Shown here: one piece after another, positions 16,129 through 27,588 of the stretch
Layout of the letters: the number at the start of each line of letters is the position of its first letter
How positions within the stretch are numbered: position 1 is the stretch's first letter
NCBI GenBank assembly: GCA_963727505.1
Contig: CAVSGP010000004.1
Coordinates: 960,001-1,024,000, forward strand
DNA from: an uncultured Trueperaceae bacterium
GTDB taxonomy: Bacteria > Deinococcota > Deinococci > Deinococcales > Trueperaceae
Length of the DNA: 64,000 bases
Direction of reading: 5' to 3'
Position numbers and translations under genes: made by a program
Notes under the pieces: model-generated
What the model was told of the DNA's origin: nothing
Databases searched by the model: none
Seen by the model: the letters and a program-made list of their open reading frames with translations, nothing else

Positions 16129-17070
16129 GTGCCGACGAAAGAGAATGGCGTCGACCTTCCGACCGGGTTGCATTGGCTCCCGGCGGGCGACGCGATCGAG
16201 AGCGCAGGATCCAAGGCGGGAACCGCACGCCTGCTGGCGAACGGACGCGGCACGGAGATCGTGCACGGCGAGCTCGCCAGCGGCGAACACCTGACGCTCG
16301 TACCGGGCGAAGACGGGCACCCGTCGGCAGAGACCTACTACATCCTGTCGGGTGCCGCCGCATGGCCTTCGCCGGGAGGCACCACGACCTTCCGGCAGGG
16401 CGACTGCTTGAGCGTCGAGGACCTGCGCGAGCCCATCATCCTGACCGTCGTCGAACACCTGCGCTTCCTCTACATCACGTCCAGCCCGACCTTCCACCAG
16501 ATCAGCGGCAGCTTGCGCGACCTGATGCGCCTTGCGGAGCAGGTCGAGGTCGCCGACGGCTACACGGCGCATCACTGCCGGCGCCTGCAACGGCTCGCCT
16601 ATGCCACCGGTCAGGCGCTCGGGCTCGGCGCGGCGTGCTTGCGGGCCCTGGACCACGGCGCCTACCTCCACGATCTCGGTAAGGTCCGGGTCCCCGCGGC
16701 GGTCCTGCAGAAGCCCGGCCCGCTCACGGCCGAGGAGTGGGCGCTCGTCAAACAGCACCCGATCTTCGGACGCGAGCTGCTCGAGCCCACCAGTTTGCGA
16801 CACGCCGCTCCCATCGTGGAGCAACACCACGAACGGATCGACGGAAGCGGGTACCCCTACGGCCTGCGCGGCGACGAGGTGCTCGTGGAAGCCAGCATCG
16901 TCGCGGTGGCCGACACCTTCGACGCCATGACGACCGACCGTGTCTATCGACGGGCGCTCGGGCGCAACGCTGCGCTCGAGGAGATCCGACGGCTTGCCGG
17001 CACGCAGCTGCCACGCGACGTCGTGCGGGCCTTCGAGTCCTCCGTGGCCGAGGTCGAGCCGGATGCGTGA
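16129..17070 (+). CDS. HD-GYP phosphodiesterase with N-terminal cupin-like domain
   Basis: HCRRL, YLHDLGK, QHP, QHHERIDGSGYPYGL, VADTFDAMTTDRVYR; N-terminal ETYYILSG beta-barrel segment. GTG start at 16129. Confidence 0.88.
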   Translation: MPTKENGVDLPTGLHWLPAGDAIESAGSKAGTARLLANGRGTEIVHGELASGEHLTLVPGEDGHPSAETYYILSGAAAWPSPGGTTTFRQGDCLSVEDLREPIILTVVEHLRFLYITSSPTFHQISGSLRDLMRLAEQVEVADGYTAHHCRRLQRLAYATGQALGLGAACLRALDHGAYLHDLGKVRVPAAVLQKPGPLTAEEWALVKQHPIFGRELLEPTSLRHAAPIVEQHHERIDGSGYPYGLRGDEVLVEASIVAVADTFDAMTTDRVYRRALGRNAALEEIRRLAGTQLPRDVVRAFESSVAEVEPDA

Positions 17071-17206
17071 CGGTAGACCGGTCGCTGGAGATGTTGGCCT
17101 GCCGAAGCTGGCGAACGTGCACCGGGTCCAACATGACGTAAGGATCCCGTCATGGCGGGACCGCTACGGTGACCCGGGCCCGAAGGCCCGGAAGGAGGTG
17201 ACCGAT

Positions 17207-17503
17207 GTGCCTCGGTCGATGATCAAGCTCGCCGTCGTGACGGTCCTCGGTGTGGGCCTCTCGTTCGCGTTCGCGGACCGCAACCCCAGCCGTGACGTCC
17301 ACGTCAACGTGGACACCGGACCGGCCAAGGCCGTGACCCACGCGCTGCCGATCGACGCCGTGGGCTCGACTCTGTACAAGGTGCAGCAGGGCGTGCACCA
17401 TACTGTCAAGCAGACCACCGGGACCTCGGTCGACCACCACTACGTCTGGATCGGCGTGGACGGACAGTCCGTCCCCGTCGACCCGTTCGAGTTCAGTCGC
17501 TGA
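17207..17503 (+). CDS. Small secreted hypothetical protein
   Basis: AAGGAGGT SD then GTG; signal peptide MIKLAVVTVLGVGLSFAFA; 98 aa with GC3-rich codons. Confidence 0.7.
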   Translation: MPRSMIKLAVVTVLGVGLSFAFADRNPSRDVHVNVDTGPAKAVTHALPIDAVGSTLYKVQQGVHHTVKQTTGTSVDHHYVWIGVDGQSVPVDPFEFSR

Positions 17504-17704
17504 GCCGAACGGACCAGATCGTCGCGGCCGCCCGCACCTTGCGGGTGGCCGCGATCACGTGGGGGCCACGCGGCCGGTGGCACAGAAGGCCGGGACCGCC
17601 ACCTGCCGGCGCACACCCGTAGACCGGAGCGCATCCGACCGACGACGGGCTCCCCCTCCGTTCACCCCTCGCGCCACGCAGCACCCGCTCACCGTTCTCA
17701 CCCC

Positions 17705-17760
17705 TTGACGCTCCCACCGCCGCGGCCGTAGACTTCTGACACCTGAATCAGTCGTCAGGT
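17705..17760 (+). promoter_or_regulatory. Promoter and probable TetR operator
   Basis: TTGACG, 18 nt, TAGACT (17729-17734), followed by inverted repeat ACCTGA-N8-TCAGGT (17741-17760). Confidence 0.65.
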
Positions 17761-17820
17761 CCGACGAGCGTTGCGACTCCGTCCCGCGCCCGTCCGACCC
17801 GGGATTCCCGAAGGGGCGTC

Positions 17821-18414
17821 GTGTCAGACCTACCCAGACCCAGCACCGCTCGCGGCGAGGCCACCCGAAGCCGGCTGCTGGAGGCGGCCGAAGCCGAGAT
17901 CGCCGAGAAGGGCTTCAGCCGCGCCTCCATCTCCTCCATCACGCGGCGCGCCGGCGTCGGGCAGGGCACTTTCTACCTGTACTTCCCCAGCAAGGAGGAC
18001 GCGCTCCGCGAGCTGGTAAGGCACATGGGGCGCGAGCTGCGCCGAGCGCTCAGCCTCGCCACGCGCGGGGTGGAGGGCCGGCTCGAGATCGAGCGCAAGG
18101 GCTTCGACGCCTTCCTAAGCTTCTCGCTCTCGCACCAGGACCTCTACCGGGTGGTCATGGAGTCGCAGTTCGTCGACGAGACCATCTACCGCGAGTACTA
18201 CCAGACGCTGGCCGACGCCTACGCCCGCGGCCTGGAGCGGGCCCAGGCGGCCGGCGAGATCCGCGCCGGTCACGCCGAGACCCAGGCCTGGGCGCTGATG
18301 GGCATCGCGCACTTCCTGGGGCTGCGCTACACCATCTGGGAGCAGCGCGACCCGCCCCCCGAGGCGATGGCGAGCGCCCTCGACATGATCGCGCGCGGGC
18401 TGGAGCCGGCGTGA
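17821..18414 (+). CDS. TetR/AcrR family transcriptional regulator
   Basis: HTH ITRRAGVGQGTFYLYFPSKED. Confidence 0.93.
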   Translation: MSDLPRPSTARGEATRSRLLEAAEAEIAEKGFSRASISSITRRAGVGQGTFYLYFPSKEDALRELVRHMGRELRRALSLATRGVEGRLEIERKGFDAFLSFSLSHQDLYRVVMESQFVDETIYREYYQTLADAYARGLERAQAAGEIRAGHAETQAWALMGIAHFLGLRYTIWEQRDPPPEAMASALDMIARGLEPA

Positions 18415-19535
18415 GCGGCGACGCCCCGCGCGATCGCGCGACGGTCGGCATCACCGGCCTGGCCGCCTACGTGCCGGCCGGGCGCCTGGGAGCGGCGGAC
18501 ATCGCGGCCGCCAGCGGCCTGCCGGAGTGGGTGGTGCGAGAGAAGCTCGGCATCCTGGAGAAAGTGGCTCCCGGCGCCGACGAGCACCCCGCCGCCATGG
18601 GGGCCTTCGCCGCCGAGGAGGCGCTGGCCCGCGCCGGGGTCGACGCGGGCGACGTCGATGTCGTCATCTCCATCACCGAGGAGTTCAAGGAGTATCCGGT
18701 ATGGACGGCGGGCATCAAGCTCGCCTACGACATCGGCGCGCGGGGCGCCTACGCCTACGACATCGGCCAGAAGTGCGGCACCAGCGTGCTCGGCCTCAAG
18801 CAGGCGAAGGACCTGCTGCTGGCCGACCCCGAGGTGAACACCGTGCTGGTGGCCGGCGGCTACCGCAACGGCGACCTCATCGCCTTCAGTGACCCCAACG
18901 TGCGCTTCATGTACAACCTCGCCGCCGGGGCCGGCGCCGCCGTGGTGCAGCGCGGTCGCGGCCACGCCCTCCTCGGCTCGCACATCGTGACCGACGGCAG
19001 CTTCTCGCTCGACGTGATGGTCCCGGTCGGCGGCACCGTAGCGCCGCTCACGCCCGAGCGCGTGGGCGACTACCGGCTGCAGGTCACCGACCCGGCGGGC
19101 ATGAAGGAGCGGCTCGAGCCCAAGAGCCTCGACAACTTCGTCGAGGTGGTGCGCCGCGCCGTCGCGAAGTCCGGCGCGACCGTGCAGGACGTCGCCTACC
19201 TCGCCATGCTCCACGTCAAGCGCAGCGCCCACCTGGGCCTGCTCGAGCGTCTCGGCATCGACCCCGCGCGCTCGATCTACCTCGAGCACTACGGCCACCT
19301 CGGTCAGATCGACCAGATCCTCAGCCTGAAACTCGCCGAGGAGCAGGGCCTGCTGAAGCCCGGCGACCTGGTGGTGCTGGTCGCAGCGGGCGTCGGTTAC
19401 GTGTGGAACGCGATCTGTCTTCGCTGGGGGGAGACCGGGCCGGGCCTGGCCTACGCCGGCGACGGCCTGCGCGGCGTCCGGCCGCCGCCGGATGGTCGCG
19501 GCGAGCCGATCGAACCGCGAGGAGGCACGCCATGA
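18411..19535 (+). CDS. 3-oxoacyl-ACP synthase III (FabH)-like protein
   Basis: KAS III fold: catalytic Cys (GQKCGT), His (AMLHVK), YGHLG in place of GNTS, and AAGVGY. Confidence 0.85.
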   Translation: MSGDAPRDRATVGITGLAAYVPAGRLGAADIAAASGLPEWVVREKLGILEKVAPGADEHPAAMGAFAAEEALARAGVDAGDVDVVISITEEFKEYPVWTAGIKLAYDIGARGAYAYDIGQKCGTSVLGLKQAKDLLLADPEVNTVLVAGGYRNGDLIAFSDPNVRFMYNLAAGAGAAVVQRGRGHALLGSHIVTDGSFSLDVMVPVGGTVAPLTPERVGDYRLQVTDPAGMKERLEPKSLDNFVEVVRRAVAKSGATVQDVAYLAMLHVKRSAHLGLLERLGIDPARSIYLEHYGHLGQIDQILSLKLAEEQGLLKPGDLVVLVAAGVGYVWNAICLRWGETGPGLAYAGDGLRGVRPPPDGRGEPIEPRGGTP

Positions 19536-21043
19536 TCCTCGACCCGATCCTGGACATCGCCCGCCGCCGCGCCGAGCTCACGCCCGATCGCCCCGCCGTG
19601 TACTGGCAGGGTCGGTGGCACAGCTACGCCGAGATGAACCACCGCGCCGAGCGGCTGGCCGGGCTGCTGGTGCGCCGCGGCCTCCAGAAGGGCGACCGGG
19701 TCGGCATCCTGGCGTTCAACCACATCGCCCACCTCGACCTGGTTCTCGCGACCGCCAAGACGGGCATCATCTACACCCCGTTCAACTACCGGCTGTCGCC
19801 GGCCGAGACCCGTTCCATCGCCGACTACGTGCGCCCGGGCCTCATGCTCGCCGACGCGGAGAACCTCGACGTCGCGACCTCGCTCGGCGTGCCCACGCTG
19901 GCGCTCGACGACTACGAGGGTCTGCTCGACAGCGCGCTGCCCCCGCCCACGCCGCCGGCGCTCACCCCCGAGGACATCCAGATGATCCTCTTCACCGGCG
20001 GCACCACCGGGCTTCCCAAGGGCGCCATGCAGCCCTACCGACAGGGCTTCTACAACGCCGTCAACACCATTCAGTCGTGGGGGATCCGCGAGGACGACTG
20101 CGTGGTGCAGGCGACCCCCTGCTTCCACGCGGCGCTGAACGCCTTCACGGTGCCACTCTTCCACATGGGAGCCAGGATCGCGCTCGAGCGCGCCTTCGAG
20201 CCGGCCGACTACCTGCGGCTGGTGCGGGAGGCCGGCGCCACCGTGCTCTTTCTGGTGCCCACCATGTACAAGATGGTGACCGACCACGAGGCTTTCGATG
20301 CCGCCGACCTGAGCACCGTGCGCTGGGCCATCTCGGGCGGCGCGCCCTGCCCGGAACCGGTGCAACGCGCCTTCCGCGAGCGCGGTGTGCGCTTCAAGCA
20401 GGGCTACGGCCTGACCGAGGCCGGCGTGAACTGCTTCGCCATGTCCCTGGACGAGGCCGAGGCGCATCCGGCCTCGGTCGGCAAACCCGTCCTCCACGCC
20501 CGCGCCGCGGTCCGCCGAGAGGACGGCAGCGTGTGTGATCCGGGCGAGGTGGGCGAGCTCACCCTCGCCGGCCCGCACGTCTTCGCCGGCTACTTCGAGC
20601 GCCCCCGGGAGACCGACGAGGTCCTCCGGGAGGGCTGGCTGTGGACCGGCGATCTCGCCACCATGGACGCGGAGGGCTTCGTCACGATCGCGGGGCGCCG
20701 CAAGGAGATGTTCATCTCCGGCGGCGAGAACGTCTTCCCCGCCGAGATCGAGAACGCCCTGTACGACCATCCGGGCGTGTCGGAGTGCGCCGTGCTGGGC
20801 GTAGCCGACGCGCGCTGGGGTGAGGTGGGGCTGGCCGCGGTGGTGCCGCGCGGCGGGCACGAGCTCGATGCCGAGCGCGTGCGCACGTTCCTTTCCGAGC
20901 GGCTGGCACGTTACAAGATCCCGAAGCACGTGCGCGTCGTCGACCGGCTCCCCAAGAGCGGCGCCGGCAAGATCCTCAAGAGCGAGCTCAGGAGCGCTTT
21001 CGAGCAAGCGCAGCCCCCTGAAGGGCGCGATAGCCGTGGCTGA
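19532..21043 (+). CDS. Long-chain acyl-CoA synthetase (AMP-forming)
   Basis: FTGGTTGLPKG, QGYGLTE, WTGDL, GRRKEMFISGGENVFPAEIE, LPKSGAGK. ATG at 19532 with GGAGG. Confidence 0.92.
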   Translation: MILDPILDIARRRAELTPDRPAVYWQGRWHSYAEMNHRAERLAGLLVRRGLQKGDRVGILAFNHIAHLDLVLATAKTGIIYTPFNYRLSPAETRSIADYVRPGLMLADAENLDVATSLGVPTLALDDYEGLLDSALPPPTPPALTPEDIQMILFTGGTTGLPKGAMQPYRQGFYNAVNTIQSWGIREDDCVVQATPCFHAALNAFTVPLFHMGARIALERAFEPADYLRLVREAGATVLFLVPTMYKMVTDHEAFDAADLSTVRWAISGGAPCPEPVQRAFRERGVRFKQGYGLTEAGVNCFAMSLDEAEAHPASVGKPVLHARAAVRREDGSVCDPGEVGELTLAGPHVFAGYFERPRETDEVLREGWLWTGDLATMDAEGFVTIAGRRKEMFISGGENVFPAEIENALYDHPGVSECAVLGVADARWGEVGLAAVVPRGGHELDAERVRTFLSERLARYKIPKHVRVVDRLPKSGAGKILKSELRSAFEQAQPPEGRDSRG

Positions 21044-21893
21044 TGCACCGTCCAGGAGCGCGATCGACGATCTCGATCTTGCCAGCGGCATCCGCATGCA
21101 CGTGGTGCAGAGCGGCAGTCCCGAGGGCGAGCCGGTGGTGCTGATCAACGGCATCTTCATGAATACCGCCAGCTGGGAGGGGCTCGAGCGCGCGCTAGCC
21201 CCCGACTACCGGGTGGTGCGCTTCGACGGCCGCGGTCAGGGCGAATCCTCCAAACCGGAAGGACCCTACACGGTCGAGCAGCACGTGAACGACCTGGAGG
21301 CGTTGCTCGACGCCCTCGCGCTCGGTCCGGTGCATCTGGTCGGCCTCTCCAACGGTGCCCTGGCCGCGCTCGAGCTGGCGGGCCGGCGCCCCGAGCAGCT
21401 GCGCTCGCTCGCCGTCCTCGACGGCTTCGGCCGCGTCGACGCGCTCATGCGCGCGGTTCTGCGCTCCTGGCGCGCCGCCCTGGCGCTGGGCGGTACCGGC
21501 GGGCGCTTCGACGTGGCGACACCCTGGGTGTGGGGCCACACCTTCCTCGCCGAGAACGAGAACTGGCTGCTGGGGCTGCGGGACGAGGCCGCGAAGGCCG
21601 ACCCGCGTCCCGTGCTGGCGCTCGTCGAGGGTGCGCTCGCCTACGGCGAGCAGGAACGCGACGCGGCCGGAGCCCTGCGCAGCTACCTGGGCCCGCTTCT
21701 GACGCTGGTAGGCGAGGACGATATCCTCAGCCCCCCGCGCTACAGCCTCGAGCTTCTGCGCGCCGCCGGCCACGGCAGCCTGGCGGTCGTGCCGCGCGCC
21801 GGCCACGCCGCTCCCATCGAGCGGCCCGACGCCGTCGCGCGCGAGCTCGTCGCCTTCTTCGGGCGCGTGCGCGACGAGGGGAGCACCGCATGA
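21036..21893 (+). CDS. Alpha/beta hydrolase (PcaD/enol-lactonase-like)
   Basis: LINGIFM, DGRGQGES, GLSNG nucleophile elbow, GEDD, AGHA. Confidence 0.88.
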   Translation: MADAPSRSAIDDLDLASGIRMHVVQSGSPEGEPVVLINGIFMNTASWEGLERALAPDYRVVRFDGRGQGESSKPEGPYTVEQHVNDLEALLDALALGPVHLVGLSNGALAALELAGRRPEQLRSLAVLDGFGRVDALMRAVLRSWRAALALGGTGGRFDVATPWVWGHTFLAENENWLLGLRDEAAKADPRPVLALVEGALAYGEQERDAAGALRSYLGPLLTLVGEDDILSPPRYSLELLRAAGHGSLAVVPRAGHAAPIERPDAVARELVAFFGRVRDEGSTA

Positions 21894-22723
21894 GCGAGTC
21901 CCCTACCCTCCGGACCCTGTCGGTGGCCGGCACCACCCTTGCCTACGTGCGCGCCGGGGCCGGCGCGCCGGTGGTGCTGGTCCACGGCAACCTGGCGAGC
22001 CACCGCTACTGGCAGGAGCTGCTGGCTGCCCCACCGGCCGGGCTCGAGCTCTTCGCCCCCGACCTGCCCAACTTCGGCGCCTCCGGCCCGCTGACCGGCG
22101 AGATCACCATGGCCGCTTACGGTGCGGCGCTGGCCGCGTTCCTGGAGGCCCTCGAGCTGCGCGGCGTCACGCTGGTGGGCCACAGCCTCGGCGGCGCCGT
22201 GGCGCAGGCGTGCGCCGGCTATGCGCCGGAACGCATCGCTCGCCTCCTGCTGGTGGACTCCCCGGCCCCCGGTCCCTTCCACGCCCCCGAGGCGAGCCTT
22301 CGAGGTGCCGAGGTCCTGGCCGGGGAGAGCGACGCGGCCGCGCGCCGCGCCATGATCGCCCAGGCCCTCCCGGCCGTGATGCCCACCCGCACGCCGCCCT
22401 ACTTCGATGAGCTCGTCTCGGAAGCCGCACGTATCCCACCCGAGGCCATCATGCCGAACGCCTACGCCCTCGAGACGATGGACCTGTTCGATCTCGTCGC
22501 CGCCTACCGCGGTCCCGTCGTTGTGCTGCGCGGCGACAAGGACGCCCTCGTGAGCGACGACCTCGCCCGGGCGACGGTCGACGCCTACGGCGCCGACCGC
22601 TGCCGGCACCTCACCTGGACCGGCGTGGGGCACTCCCCACAGATCGAGGCGCCCGAGCGCTTCACTCGGCTCCTGGCCGACGTCGCGCTGGGCCGAGACC
22701 CTGGGGGACCCGCCATGACCTGA
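21890..22723 (+). CDS. Alpha/beta hydrolase (esterase; PhaZ-like candidate)
   Basis: VHGNLAS, PDLPNFGAS, GHSLGG, GDKD, VGHSP. Confidence 0.88.
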   Translation: MSESPTLRTLSVAGTTLAYVRAGAGAPVVLVHGNLASHRYWQELLAAPPAGLELFAPDLPNFGASGPLTGEITMAAYGAALAAFLEALELRGVTLVGHSLGGAVAQACAGYAPERIARLLLVDSPAPGPFHAPEASLRGAEVLAGESDAAARRAMIAQALPAVMPTRTPPYFDELVSEAARIPPEAIMPNAYALETMDLFDLVAAYRGPVVVLRGDKDALVSDDLARATVDAYGADRCRHLTWTGVGHSPQIEAPERFTRLLADVALGRDPGGPAMT

Positions 22724-22810
22724 CACCCCGAACCCCACGAGAGGAAGCCACCCGTCGTCCACCGTTCGCCGCGCGGCCGTTCCACGGCCGTCCCATCCCC
22801 AGGAGGCAGC

Positions 22811-24010
22811 ATGAAGCGAATCGCACTCATCCTCGTCGCCGTCCTCGCGTCGCTGGCCCTCGCCCAGCCCGTGACCATCGGCATCCTCAGCCCGCTCACC
22901 GGCGGCGCCGCCGGTACCGGCCAGGCCCAGAAGGAGGGCTTCGATCTGGCCCTCAAGGAGATCAACGCCGCGGGCGGCGTGCTCGGTCAGCCCCTCAAGG
23001 TCATCTACGCCGATACCCAGGCCAACGGCAAGGTCGCGGTGGCGGCCTTCGAGAAGCTCATGACCGAGGACAACGTCCAGTTCATCGGCGGCGGCTACAG
23101 CTCCGGCGTGACGCTGGCGCTGGCCGAGTCGTTCAAGACCTTCCAGCCCGTCGTGAGCTGGATCGGCGGGGCCGTTTCGGGCGTCGGCATCGACAACTTC
23201 GACGGTATCGAGGAGATCCTCGGCAACGAGCCCTGGTTCTTCCACGTGCACCCCTGGGACTACCAGAACACCGAGGCCTCCACCAACTTCATCGCCGACA
23301 GCGGCGTGAAGTCCGTGGCGCTGCTGCACGAAGACTCCGCCTTCGGCGGACCCGGCTCCCAGGAGGCCCAGAAGCTGCTCGAAGCCGCGGGCCTGAAGGT
23401 CACCATCAACGAGGCCTTCAAGTCGACGCTGTTCGGCGGCACCGGCGACTTCCGCGCCGCCATCAGCAAGGCAGCGGCCACGAAGGCCGACATGCTCTAC
23501 TGGATCGGCTACGACTCCGACGTGGTGCCGATGATCAGCCAGACCCGCGAGCTCAACTACACGCCCCAGCAGATCTTCGGGGCCCCTCCGGGATGGCCGA
23601 GCGACTTCGCCAAGGCTCCCGAGGCCCAGTGCGTCACCGGCCTGATCGGCTTCATGCCGAACCTGCCCACGCCCGAGGCTGCGGCCTTCACCAAGAGCTT
23701 CGAGGCGATGTACAACAAGGCGCCCGACAACTACATGTCGGCCCTGGCCTACGCCCAGCTGTGGTCGTACGCCGACAGCATCAACAAGGCGGGAACCACG
23801 GACCAGCAGGCCGTCATCAAGACCATGGAGAGCCTCACCTTCAAGTCGCCCATGGGCCCCTGGAAGTTCCACGACTCCCAGATCACCCATCACCAGGGCT
23901 TCGGCGCCGACATGTGGCTGGTCTTCCAGTATCAGAACGGCGAACGTCAGATCGTGTGGCCGACGAGCAAGGCCACCGCGCCGCTGCAGAGCTGTCAGGC
24001 GGGCAACTGA
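22811..24010 (+). CDS. Branched-chain amino acid (Liv)-type ABC substrate-binding protein
   Basis: Signal peptide, IGILSPLTG, EINAAGGVLG, GGYSSGV. Confidence 0.92.
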   Translation: MKRIALILVAVLASLALAQPVTIGILSPLTGGAAGTGQAQKEGFDLALKEINAAGGVLGQPLKVIYADTQANGKVAVAAFEKLMTEDNVQFIGGGYSSGVTLALAESFKTFQPVVSWIGGAVSGVGIDNFDGIEEILGNEPWFFHVHPWDYQNTEASTNFIADSGVKSVALLHEDSAFGGPGSQEAQKLLEAAGLKVTINEAFKSTLFGGTGDFRAAISKAAATKADMLYWIGYDSDVVPMISQTRELNYTPQQIFGAPPGWPSDFAKAPEAQCVTGLIGFMPNLPTPEAAAFTKSFEAMYNKAPDNYMSALAYAQLWSYADSINKAGTTDQQAVIKTMESLTFKSPMGPWKFHDSQITHHQGFGADMWLVFQYQNGERQIVWPTSKATAPLQSCQAGN

Positions 24011-24027
24011 CGTCCTGTCCGGTCCGA

Positions 24028-24057
24028 GCGGTGGGTCGGCCCCGGCCGACCTACCGC
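24028..24057 (+). other. Stem-loop between SBP and permease genes
   Basis: GCGGTGGGTCGGCC / GGCCGACCTACCGC arms. Confidence 0.6.
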
Positions 24058-24113
24058 CACCGGGCGGACACGTCCACGAATCTGATGCCGCCCTCTTCCC
24101 CCTCTCCCCGCCC

Positions 24114-24980
24114 GTGGATCTGACCCTCCTCGCCCAGGGACTCGTGTCCGGCGTGCTCGCCGCCGGGCTCTACGCCCTCGTGTCGGTGGGGCTGGCGCTG
24201 GCCATCGGCGTCATCGGCGTGATCAACTTCGCGCACGGCGAGTTCTTCATGATCGGGGCGTTCCTCGCCTACCAGCTCTTCGTGAGCTTCGGGATCGACC
24301 CCCTGCTATCGCTTATCTTCGTGGCGCCCGCGCTCTTCATCATCGGCGCCGTGATCTATCAAACGACCATCCGCTACGTGCTGGAGGCCCCCGAGCTCAA
24401 CCAGATGCTCCTCACCTTCGGCCTTTCGATCGTGTTGCAGAACCTGGCGCTGGTGATCTGGGGCGGCGACCCGCGCTCCATCAGCGGCGTGCCCTACCGC
24501 TCGGTGGGCTACCAGATCGGGGGCGTCAGCATCGGGTTGGTACCGCTCGGCAGCTTCCTCATATCGCTGGTGCTGGTGCTCGCGCTCTATGCCGTGCTGG
24601 CGCGCTCCAAGCTCGGCCGCGCGATGCGGGCGGTGGCCCAGAACCGCATCGGCGCCAGCCTGGTGGGGCTCGAGGTCAACCGCATCTACCTGGTGGCGTT
24701 CGCGCTCTCCGCGCTGCTGGCCGGCATCGGCGGAGTGATGATCGCCGTCATCCAGTCGCCCACCCCCACGGTCGGCTTCGCCTTCACGCTCAAGGCGTTC
24801 GCCATCGTGGTGCTGGCGGGGCTGGGCAACATCCGCGGCATCCTGTGGGCGTCGTTGGCGGTCGCCGTCTCCGAGTCGCTGGTGGCGACCCTCGTCCCCA
24901 ACGGCGACGCGCTGCGCAACGCGGTGTTCTTCGCCATCATCTTCATCGTGCTGGTGGTCCGCGCACGGAGGACGGCATGA
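24114..24980 (+). CDS. Liv-type ABC permease (LivH family)
   Basis: GVINFAHGEF, GRAMRAVAQN, LKAFAIVVLAGLG. Confidence 0.92.
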   Translation: MDLTLLAQGLVSGVLAAGLYALVSVGLALAIGVIGVINFAHGEFFMIGAFLAYQLFVSFGIDPLLSLIFVAPALFIIGAVIYQTTIRYVLEAPELNQMLLTFGLSIVLQNLALVIWGGDPRSISGVPYRSVGYQIGGVSIGLVPLGSFLISLVLVLALYAVLARSKLGRAMRAVAQNRIGASLVGLEVNRIYLVAFALSALLAGIGGVMIAVIQSPTPTVGFAFTLKAFAIVVLAGLGNIRGILWASLAVAVSESLVATLVPNGDALRNAVFFAIIFIVLVVRARRTA

Positions 24981-26001
24981 GACGTGCGCTGCCCGACCTG
25001 CTGTGGACGCTGCTGCTCGCCGCCGCCGTGGCGCTGGCACCGACCGTCCTCAGGGCCCTGTTCGCACAGGCGTCGGTGAGCTACCTCTCCATCGCCGCCA
25101 ACGCCATCAGCCTCGCCATCCTGGCCCTGTCGTGGGACCTGCTGGCCCGCACCGGTCAGCTCTCGCTCGCCCACGCCGCCTTCTACGGCGCCGGCGCCTA
25201 CACCGCAGCCATCCTCGCGAAGGCGGGCGGCCTCCCCCTGGCGCTGGGGCTCCCGCTCGCCGCAGTCGTGGCCGCGCTATTGGCCCTCGGTCTCGGGTCG
25301 GTCACCCTGCGACTCAAGGGCATCTACTTCGCGATCGCCACCCTGGCCTTCACCGAGGTGCTGAAGGCCGTCGTCCAGGAACTGCCCACCGGTCTGGCGG
25401 GGGGAGCGGCCGGCCTCAACGTGCCCCCGCTGTTCCGCCCTCACTTCGTCCCCGGCGTGATGCAACGCTGGGAGATCGCCTTCCAACGCAACGAGGCCTA
25501 CTTCTACGTCTATGGAGGCCTGCTGATCCTGACGATCCTCGTCTCGACGGTGGCGCAGCGCACCCGGCTCCGGGCTGCCTTCACGGCGGTGCGCACCAAC
25601 GAGGAGGTCGCCGCCGTGATGGGCGTGCGCCCCGCCCGGGCCAAGCTGCTGGCGTTCGTGCTCTCGAGCGCGCTGGTCGGCATGCTCGGCGCTCTCGAAG
25701 CGATGCGGCTGGGGAGCGTCATCCCGGACGGCACCTTCGCCATCTCGACCACGGTGTTCGCCTTGGTGACGCCCATCTTCGGTGGGCTCTACACCACGCT
25801 GGGCCCGATCCTGGGCGCCGGTGTGCTCTCCGCGGTCGAGGAGACGCTGCGACGCACCTTCGCTGAGGGCTACCTGATCGGCTACGGCATCGTGCTGGTG
25901 GCGTCGATCCTGTTCATGCCGCGCGGGATCGTGGGGCTCTTCACGCGGCTGACCCGGCGTCGCGCGGCTGCGCCCGGCGTCGACGCAGAGGAGACGGATT
26001 G

Positions 26002-26002
<1 letters not shown>
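24977..26002 (+). CDS. Liv-type ABC permease (LivM family)
   Basis: [49 protein letters not shown] overlap at 24977. Confidence 0.92.
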
Positions 26003-27536
<1,534 letters not shown>

Positions 27537-27588
27537 GGGAGGCGCGGCCCGCCGGGTCCCGGTCGATCGCGTGTGCGCGCAGCTCCCC

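Noticed and set aside
19451..23893. Long minus-strand ORFs (569 aa and 717 aa)
   Set aside because: Shadows of the acyl-CoA ligase, hydrolase and SBP genes.
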